Assembly: GCF_964204645.1 (NCBI RefSeq) | Contig: NC_134025.1 | Span: 2,108,001-2,172,000, forward strand | DNA: 64,000 bases | Direction: 5' to 3' | Source: Tubulanus polymorphus | Taxonomy: Eukaryota; Animalia; Nemertea | Shown here: in pieces, positions 56,801-64,000 of the stretch | How the letters are laid out: each line of letters opens with the position of its first letter | How positions within the stretch are numbered: position 1 is the first letter of the stretch | The notes under the pieces: model-generated | Databases searched by the model: none | The model's input: only the letters and a program-made list of their open reading frames with translations | What the model was told of the DNA's origin: nothing | Position numbers and translations under genes: made by a program

Positions 56801-59800
56801 TCTCTGGTGAACCATCGCTCAGTGAGCAACCTGTAAAACTTCTTGACATATCCAAGATAATATTCAATTCAGATGTATTCTGTCTCATTAGGGCGGACGG
56901 AGCGGCGGATAGATATTGCACCATTTGGCTTCACCTGGCCTCTATAATCGTTGATATTGATGATGAAGAACCATTTGTTCTAAAGAAACAACTTTCACAA
57001 GAGTATACTTTTTTCAGTTTCAACATCAGGCACACCAGGTGTTACACCTGGAGCTACACCAGCGGTAACACCGGGAGCAACTCCGGGAGCCACACCAGGA
57101 GCTACACCGGGAGCCACTCCAGGCGCCACACCAGGAGCTACACCGGGAGCCACACCAGGAGCTACACCAGGAGCCACACCGGGAGCTACACCAGGAGCCA
57201 CACCAGGTGCTACACCAGGTGCAACACCAGGAGCCACACCGGGAGCCACACCAGGAGCCACACCGGGAGCTACACCAGGTGCTACACCAGGAGTCACACC
57301 GGGAGCCACTCCAGGCGCCACACCAGGAGCTACACCGGGAGCCACTCCAGGCGCCACACCAGGAGCTACACCGGGAGCCACACCGGGAGCCACACCAGGA
57401 GCTACACCAGGAGCCACACCGGGAGCTACACCAGGAGCCACACCAGGTGCTACACCAGGTGCAACACCAGGAGCCACACCGGGAGCCACACCAGGAGCCA
57501 CACCGGAAGCTACACCAGGAGCAACACCAGGTGCTACACCAGGAGCCACACCAGGAGCCACACCAGGAGCTACACCAGGTGTTACACCAGGAGCCACACC
57601 GGGAGCAACACCAGGTGCTACACCGGGAGTCACACCAGGAGCCACACCAGGAGCTACACCAGGAGCCACACCAGGAGCTACACCAGGCGCTACTCCAGGA
57701 GCCACACCAGGAGCTACACCGGGAGCTACACCAGGAGCAACACCAGGTGCGACACCAGGCGCAACACCGGGAGCTACACCAGGAGCTACACCGGGAGCTA
57801 CACCAGGAGCAACACCAGGCGCTACACCAGGTGCTACACCAGGAGCTACACCAGGAGCTACACCAGGCGCAACACCGGGAGCTACACCAGGAGCTACACC
57901 GGGTGCCACACCAGGAGCTACACCGGGAGCCACACCAGGAGCAACACCAGGAGCTACACCGGGAGCCACACCAGGAGCTACACCGGGTGCAACACCAGGA
58001 GCCACACCAGGAGCTACACCGGGAGCTACACCAGGAGCTACACCGGGTGCCACACCAGGAGCTACACCAGGAGCCACACCAGGTGCTACACCAGGTGCAA
58101 CACCAGGAGCGACACCGGGAGCCACACCAGGAGCCACACCGGGAGCTACTCCAGGAGCCACACCAGGAGCTACACCGGGAGCTACACCAGGAGTTACACC
58201 AGGAGCCACTCCGGGTGCTACACCAGGTGCAACACCAGGAGCTACACCAGGAGCTACACCGGGAGCTACACCGGGAGCCACACCAGGAGCTACACCGGGT
58301 GCAACACCAGGAGCTACACCAGGAGTTACTCCGGGAGCCACACCAGGTGCTACACCAGGTGCTACACCAGGAGCCACACCAGGTGCCACACCTGGAGCCA
58401 CACCAGGTGCAACACCTGGAGCTACACCAGGAGCTACACCGGGTGCCACACCAGGAGCTACACCGGGAGCCACACCAGGAGCTACACCGGGAGCTACACC
58501 AGGAGCCACACCGGGAGCCACACCAGGAGCCACACCAGGTGCTACACCAGGTGCAACACCAGGAGCTACACCGGGAGCCACACCAGGAGCCACACCGGGA
58601 GCTACACCAGGAGCTACACCGGGTGCCACACCAGGTGTCACACCAGGAGCTACACCGGGAGCCACACCAGGAGCAACACCAGGAGCTACACCGGGAGCCA
58701 CACCAGGAGCTACACCGGGTGCAACACCAGGAGCTACACCAGGTGCTACACCAGGAGTTACTCCGGGAGCCACACCAGGTGCTACACCAGGAGCTACTCC
58801 AGGAGCTACACCAGGTGCTACACCAGGAGTCACACCAGGTGCCACACCAGGAGCCACACCAGGTGCAACACCTGGAGCCACACCAGGAGCCACACCAGGA
58901 GCTACACCAGGAGCCACACCAGGCGCAACACCAGGAGCCACACCAGGAGCCACACCGGGAGCTACTCCAGGAGCCACACCAGGAGCTACACCGGGAGCTA
59001 CACCAGGAGTTACACCAGGAGCCACTCCGGGTGCTACACCAGGTGCAACACCAGGAGCTACACCAGGAGCTACACCGGGAGCTACACCGGGAGCCACACC
59101 AGGAGCTACACCGGGTGCAACACCAGGAGCTACACCAGGAGTTACTCCGGGAGCCACACCAGGTGCTACACCAGGTGCTACACCAGGAGCCACACCAGGT
59201 GCCACACCTGGAGCCACACCAGGTGCAACACCTGGAGCCACACCAGGAGCCACGCCAGGCGCAACACCAGGAGCCACACCAGGAGCTACACCGGGAGCCA
59301 CACCAGGAGCTACACCAGGAGCCACACCAGGAGTTACTCCGGGAGCCACACCAGGTGCTACACCAGGAGCTACACCAGGAGCCACACCAGGTGCCACACC
59401 AGGCGCTACACCAGGAGCTACTCCAGGTGCAACACCAGGAGCTACACCGGGAGCTACACCAGGAGCCACACCGGGAGCTACACCAGGAGCCACACCAGGT
59501 GCTACACCAGGTGCAACACCAGGAGCCACACCGGGAGCCACACCAGGTGCTACACCAGGTGCAACACCAGGAGCTACACCGGGAGCCACACCAGGAGCCA
59601 CACCGGGAGCTACTCCAGGAGCCACACCAGGAGCTACACCGGGAGCTACTCCAGGAGCCACACCAGGAGCTACACCAGGAGCCACACCAGGTGCTACACC
59701 AGGTGCAACACCAGGAGCCACACCGGGAGCCACACCAGGAGCCACACCAGGTGCTACTCCAGGTGCAACACCAGGAGCTACACCGGGAGCCACACCAGGA

Positions 59801-62340
59801 GCCACACCGGGAGCTACTCCAGGAGCCACACCAGGAGCTACACCGGGAGCTACACCAGGAGCTACACCGGGTGCCACACCAGGAGCCACACCAGGAGCTA
59901 CACCAGGAGCTACACCGGGAGCCACACCAGGAGCTACACCGGGAGCCACACCAGGTGCTACACCAGGTGCAACACCAGGAGCCACACCGGGAGCCACACC
60001 AGGAGCCACACCAGGTGCTACTCCAGGTGCAACACCAGGAGCTACACCGGGAGCCACACCAGGAGCCACACCGGGAGCTACTCCAGGAGCCACACCAGGA
60101 GCTACACCGGGAGCTACACCAGGAGCTACGCCGGGTGCCACACCGGGTGCCACACCAGGAGCCACACCAGGAGCTACACCAGGAGCTACACCGGGAGCCA
60201 CACCAGGAGCTACACCGGGAGCCACACCAGGTGCTACACCAGGAGCTACACCAGGTGCTACACCAGGAGTTACTCCGGGAGCCACACCAGGTGCTACACC
60301 GGGAGCAACACCAGGTGCTACACCAGGAGCCACACCAGGAGCTACACCGGGAGCCACACCAGGAGCAACACCAGGAGCTACACCGGGAGCCACACCAGGA
60401 GCTACACCGGGTGCAACACCAGGAGCTACACCAGGTGCTACACCAGGAGCTACTCCAGGAGCTACACCAGGTGCTACACCAGGAGCTACACCAGGAGCCA
60501 CACCAGGTGCCACACCAGGCGCTACACCAGGAGCCACACCAGGTGCAACACCAGGAGCCACACCAGGAGCTACACCAGGAGCCACACCAGGCGCAACACC
60601 AGGAGCCACACCAGGAGCTACACCGGGAGCCACACCAGGAGCTACACCAGGAGCTACACCAGGAGCTACACCAGGAGCCACACCAGGAGCCACACCAGGA
60701 GTTACTCCGGGAGCCACACCAGGTGCTACACCAGGAGCTACACCAGGAGCCACACCAGGTGCCACACCAGGCGCTACACCAGGAGCCACACCAGGTGCAA
60801 CACCAGGAGCCACACCAGGAGCTACACCAGGAGCCACACCAGGTGCAACACCAGGAGCTACACCGGGTGCTACACCGGGAGCAACACCGGGAGCTACACC
60901 AGGAGCTACACCGGGTGCCACACCAGGAGCCACACCAGGAGCTACACCTGGGGCTACACCGGGAGCCACACCAGGAGCTACACCGGGAGCCACACCAGGT
61001 GCTACACCAGGAGCTACACCAGGAGCTACACCAGGTGCTACACCAGGAGCCACACCAGGAGCCACTCCAAGAGCGACACCGGGTGCAACACCAGGAGCTA
61101 CTCCGGGAGCTACCCCAGGAGCTACATTAGTTTCCACAACACCACCCGGTAAATGTTATTTCTCTTTCATTGCTTTTAGAAACAATTGGTCGAAATTGAA
61201 GATAGCGTTATTACTATTGATTTTACCCCTCGATCATTATTATGGAAATATTGCCAGTCAATATTCTTTAACGTTGATCTCATTTTATTCACTGATTTTT
61301 AAGTCTCATTTATCTCTTTTTTTTCAGAAACCTGTCCGTATGTACAATATCTAACGGCGCGTTACAGATTAATGTGGGACATCACGTGGTCCAGTAATAA
61401 TCTCTCTCCTAATAAACAATTCAATTTCCTGTTCGGCACGATAGCATTGCAATTGTTCTCGTTTACGAATGATGATTGGATTAATAATTATAACCAGTAT
61501 CGTTCGTACATCCAGTTTGAAGCAGTTAAAGCGAAAGATCCAAATAAGGTTTCAATTATAGCCGTGATGGTTACGGTAATAAACACCCGTGGTCTCTTGA
61601 TTCAGACATCTCAAAATGGCGCGGATTGGGAAAATGATTTTGGCGTTGTAAGTTTTTCAAACATGTTTTCAATCTTTTGAATCGTCGAAAAAATTTACAT
61701 TCTTTTTTACCTAAATATAACTATATTTTTCTAGGCTATTTCGGCACCATTTACTGCACAATGGGCAATAATTGGAGTGTCTTACGGAGCAGCCGGTGTT
61801 CCGGGTTCGTTTGCGAGGATCGTAGTGCATAGTAAAATCAAATATCCCGTTCCGTTTTTGACAAACGTCTTGGTAATAGCTTGTCTCGAGCCAACTCCAT
61901 TCACAACGCTTCCACCGGAGACTACGACTGAGGTATTTTCCATCATACTTTAAGTGTTCATGATAAAATGCGCCAATCAAAAAATAAGCACTATGCTTAA
62001 TGAAATGATATTGATTGAAGGATACTTGCAAAGACGGTCAGATTAAGTGTACGGAAGGAAACTGCGCCACGCTATGTAACGATCACTATGAATGTCAAGA
62101 TAGAAGTGATGAGAACGATTGTCCATCGAGTAAGGATATTATGATATTGTTCACGAGACCTACAAATAATTAATCGCAAGGATTTTTATTCTAGAACAAT
62201 CATATATATGCTTTCGTTTTTAGCAATTCCACCGTGCACAGAATTCACGTGTAATAGCACCGGCGAATGCATTCCTAACAGTAAAGTCTGTGAAGGTACT
62301 TGCGACTGCGGTTCCACTTGTGAAGATGAAGTCGAATGTG
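14783..62340 (+). CDS. Gene B (3'-incomplete): giant SCO-spondin-like/mucin-like secreted protein with an expanded discoidin-like array and (TPGA)n domains
   Basis: Exons: 14783-14862, 15971-16168, 16311-16372, 16465-16566, 16678-16830, 16937-17124, 17215-17544, 17901-18011, 18143-18323, 18466-18724, 18812-18950, 19062-19367, 19455-19628, 19741-19993, 20118-20388, 20484-20682, 20776-20867, 20969-21596, 21793-22039, 22175-22324, 22519-22612, 22906-23069, 23414-23527, 23724-23837, 23924-24040, 24172-24303, 24393-24539, 24869-25122, 25209-25374, 28 array exons in 26388-42395, 43264-43419, 43559-47899, 48058-48377, 48465-48662, 48751-48859, 48954-49070, 49173-49304, 50404-54201, 54368-54615, 56406-56565, 57018-61148, 61328-61647, 61735-61932, 62021-62129, 62224-62340. 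All are GT-AG and phase-compatible, about 26.9 kb coding, and I saw no in-frame stop. Confidence 0.82.
14961..15168 (+). mobile_element. tRNA-derived SINE-like repeat, copy 1 (intron 1 of gene B)
   Basis: B-box GGTTCGAGTCC at 15037-15047 and a 3' tail GGAACGACGTAA...(CAAA)n. Aligns by eye with 23150-23360. Confidence 0.6.
15971..16830 (+). CDS. Gene B N-terminus: EMI domain, EGF-like domain and TB-like domain (4 exons)
   Basis: KCKV...C...[24 protein letters not shown] (EMI ending, as in SCO-spondin). [28 protein letters not shown] (EGF). CFKDKDC...[14 protein letters not shown]...CDEC (TB-like). Confidence 0.75.
16937..22612 (+). CDS. Gene B D1-D2-D'-D3 region: three VWD-C8-TIL assemblies plus an extra TIL
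   Basis: VWD1 [14 protein letters not shown]...[14 protein letters not shown]2 is degenerate. VWD3 [13 protein letters not shown]...[15 protein letters not shown]8 motif [23 protein letters not shown]...WRSQRLC. Confidence 0.9.
22906..24539 (+). CDS. Six LDL-receptor class A repeats, one per exon
   Basis: For example [35 protein letters not shown]. The DCxDGxDE motif recurs, and the introns between repeats are phase 1. Confidence 0.9.
23150..23360 (+). mobile_element. tRNA-derived SINE-like repeat, copy 2
   Basis: A-box-like TGGCTCCTTCGG at about 23160 and degenerate B-box GGTTTCGTGTCC. Shares AATGATCAATCTAAT and AAACAAGATCGGAACGACGTAA with copy 1. A-rich tail. Confidence 0.58.
24869..25374 (+). 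CDS. Single divergent discoidin/F5-8 type C-like module (2 exons, phases 1-0-1)
   Basis: [22 protein letters not shown]...GLRPG...[11 protein letters not shown]...FACF. Same motif order and intron phases as the array unit. Confidence 0.65.
25702..42760 (+). repeat. Intragenic tandem array: 14 complete ~1188-bp units (2 exons + 2 introns) plus one internally deleted leading unit
   Basis: Recurring ORFs at 26249, 27437, 28625, 29813, 31001, 32191, 33379, 34567, 35755, 36944, 38132, 39264, 40452, 41640. Units differ only by scattered SNVs and homopolymer length. One unit is 1132 bp. Confidence 0.97.
26388..42395 (+). CDS. 28 array exons encoding 14 x 168-aa discoidin/F5-8C-like modules with a short Thr/Pro linker
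   Basis: Exon A (329 nt) starts at 26388, 27576, 28764, 29952, 31140, 32330, 33518, 34706, 35894, 37083, 38271, 39403, 40591, 41779. Exon B (175 nt) starts 442 nt after each. Peptide [35 protein letters not shown]...LRPG...LIVDL...FAAKIKVKV...[13 protein letters not shown] follows the C..GM..I..I.A / VDL / AR.VRI / L.L.GC skeleton of FA58C. Confidence 0.8.
43264..43419 (+). CDS. Thr-rich linker plus LDLa exon (absent from the ORF track)
   Basis: [52 protein letters not shown], with AG/GT borders in phase 1-1. Confidence 0.85.
43559..47899 (+). repeat. Coding repeat exon 1 of gene B: (TPGV-TPGA)n, 12-bp unit with 24-bp alternation, 4341 nt
   Basis: Acceptor at 43557-43558 and donor G|GTAAAT. 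The true frame (ACA CCA GGA GTC/GCT) is not in the ORF track. Variation is concentrated at third positions. Confidence 0.9.
48058..49304 (+). CDS. Second-type discoidin-like module (2 exons) plus three LDLa-like exons
   Basis: TCPY...YIQF...VSIIAVMV...[10 protein letters not shown]...FARIVV...LVIAC, followed by [33 protein letters not shown] and [16 protein letters not shown]. Confidence 0.7.
50404..54201 (+). repeat. Coding repeat exon 2 of gene B: (TPGA)n, 3798 nt
   Basis: Acceptor CAG at 50401-50403 and probable donor G|GTGTGT at 54201/54202. Almost pure TPGA. Confidence 0.88.
54368..56565 (+). CDS. Third divergent discoidin-like module (exons 54368-54615 and 56406-56565)
   Basis: [22 protein letters not shown]...ARPSG...|DTVLD...[10 protein letters not shown]...ASIFGCF, phases 1-0-1 as in the array unit. 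Confidence 0.68.
54880..55384. mobile_element. Foldback/MITE-like element with ~200-bp inverted arms
   Basis: 54880-55082 is the near reverse complement of 55183-55384, e.g. GTGCGACGTTTTGGTCCGTAATTTCGTTAATAATCGGTT / AACCGATTATTAACGAAATTACGGACCAAAACGTCGCAC. Confidence 0.82.
55583..55666. repeat. Imperfect (ATT/ATG)n microsatellite
   Basis: atgattattatgattattattattatgatt... Confidence 0.85.
57018..61148 (+). repeat. Coding repeat exon 3 of gene B: (TPGA)n, 4131 nt
   Basis: Acceptor TTTTCAG at 57011-57017. Ends with ...[28 protein letters not shown] and donor G|GTAAAT, the same as repeat exon 1. The true frame is not in the ORF track. Confidence 0.9.
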
Positions 62341-62357
62341 GTATGTATCAGCAATTT
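61050..62357 (+). repeat. Recent intragenic duplicate of ~47800-49087 (repeat-exon end, discoidin-like module, 2 LDLa exons and their introns)
   Basis: Near-identical including introns. Offset is 13249, becoming 13270 after a 21-bp indel near 61200. Confidence 0.93.
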
Positions 62358-62497
62358 GCTTTCTCCATGGATGAAAATAGAAATTTTGAGCCAATATCTT
62401 TGTTTCAATAACCGTATTCGATTAATGCAAGTTTAAAATAAATGACCATTGGTCCGGTAGCTCGCTTGTACTAATAAAAAGGGTCTTAAAATAGGAT

Positions 62498-62887
62498 TTC
62501 GTTCATTTCGTTTGTTATATGTTACCAAGGTTACAGCGTTACTAAAATTAATAAAAAATGGGGAAAAAACCGACTAAATCTTAAATATAAAGGCATCCAA
62601 GTGTGTTAGAGGATTTATTTTTGGTCATCAAACAAAAGCACGAAAGGTGAGCTGTTGCTAGCCGTTGGAATTGAAACATTATCTCAATCCGGTTTTGAGT
62701 TATGAAGGAAATAAATTTCCAGAAATAGTGATGAAATCATCGTCGTTTTAGTAACGCTGTAACCTTGGTAAGAGCATTGTGCAAAATTGCACCAGTTGTC
62801 AAGGGTGACAACATACTCAGTGATGGCTGTTGATGTTACCTTTTCATCGATGTAAAATTTGTCCATATAACAAACGAAGTAAACGAA
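62498..62887. mobile_element. Degenerate foldback/MITE-like element in an intron
   Basis: Perfect 26-bp inverted repeat 62522-62547 / 62746-62771, plus an outer inverted repeat 62498-62521 / 62864-62887 with 2 mismatches. Confidence 0.6.
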
Positions 62888-64000
62888 TAAAAAATTTTGA
62901 CCCTGACTAAATGGGGCACAAGAAACAATCTTTTAAACCGGAGTCGTTGGTCAGTGTCAACCTTTGATGAACCTGTCTTTATTTAGAACGACTGGACAGG
63001 AATTATATCTTCGAAAGATTGATAAATTGGAATTTGAGACTCAACAAATGTTCATAATCTTAATAGATACCGAGACAGTATGACATAAATCAACTATATA
63101 AAACTAGCGGAAACACGTGGTTCGTGAACCAAAAAGAAAGTCGAAATGCTTCAAATTTTAGGGCATTTCAAATTAAACCAGGCTGGCGAAATCAAGTATA
63201 TTGACTGACTGCGGTTTTCTATTATTATCACACGATTGGAATAAACATTATTTTGTAATAGTATTTAGGCAAAACCAACGATTAAGTGACTATACGTCCT
63301 CGCTTGACCTTTTTGACAAATCAAGTGTGGGTCTCCGATTACGTTGATCATACGCAGTAATAAAGCACTATGTGCCCCATGTTATCGCTATCTATTAGCT
63401 TACTGAATACGTACACACCCTACAGTATAAGAGTATAAGGCAATCCTCGCTTTAACCATCTACCCGTCTACCAACTGGGAATCTATGTTTGGTGGTACGA
63501 AATTTACTTAAGTTATTAATGATACGACCTGACAATTCAGTGGCATAGAAAAGATCGATTATCGGGTTCTAAAATAGGAGAATACGAAAAACCATAAAAA
63601 TGAATCCAATTAACGACGATAGCGGATCATATTCACTGTCAGGAATAGTTAGAAAGACGAACTATGCAGCGCATCGACGTGGAACTTTCAACGTCGTATA
63701 AGATGCTTATCATCTTTGATTTAGTTCATAGGTTTTTAAGTGGGGAAAACTGGAGTCGTGTACGATGAACCGGTTTTGCTGAGTGAACTGAAGGATCCTA
63801 GTTGCATACGCGGCTGAATAAGTGCAGGTTTTTATGACGCTCCCTGCCAAAAACACATTACTAGGCCTAATCAAAAAAGAAAGGGACCAAAATTTTGTAA
63901 CTGTATTTTCAGGTTTTTAACTCAATTAAATTCGTGGTCTAAATTACCAACAGCTAGCAAAATGGACTCTAGCGAGTCCATGAAATGCTATGTGTCCATC

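Noticed and set aside
43554-61137. Long minus-strand (GVAP/GVTP)n ORFs that look elastin-like, and the (CSSW)n ORF at 50409-54218
   Set aside because: These are antisense shadows of the TPGA codons. Splice sites, flanking exons and gene context all support the + strand.
43442-61152. Plus-strand His/Gln/Glu-rich (HQEL)n and (HTRS/YTRS)n ORFs
   Set aside because: Alternative frames of a stop-free 12-bp repeat. The variants are synonymous in the TPGA frame, which is also the frame set by exon phases.
62360-64000. Possible further gene B exon or a new gene
   Set aside because: I found no Cys-patterned or PTS exon with good splice sites, so this is treated as intron.

Overview
Eukaryotic, AT-rich, short-intron (GT-AG) animal DNA, probably from an invertebrate bilaterian; the taxon cannot be fixed from sequence alone. 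The window holds two head-to-tail, + strand genes for giant secreted SCO-spondin/gel-mucin-like glycoproteins. Gene A (3' part, <1..12744) has a >4.2 kb Ser/Thr repeat exon (STGPTSS[F/Y])n, an 8-Cys LDLa variant, 10 TSP1, 5 TIL/VWC-like modules, a (PSGPGGAT)32 insert and a C-terminal cystine knot. Gene B (ATG 14783, incomplete at the right edge) runs signal peptide, EMI, EGF, TB-like, 3x(VWD-C8-TIL), 6 LDLa, a divergent discoidin/F5-8C-like module, then 14 near-identical 1188-bp two-exon copies of a related module. It continues with three ~4 kb (TPG[A/V])n exons interleaved with further discoidin-like and LDLa exons, one block of which is recently duplicated. By my manual splicing gene B encodes about 8,980 aa within the window. 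Introns and the intergenic gap hold several MITE/foldback elements and two SINE-like copies. A 114-bp segment of the gene B proximal promoter is also present inside the upstream MITE. Exon boundaries and domain calls were read by eye and need RNA-seq and HMM confirmation.
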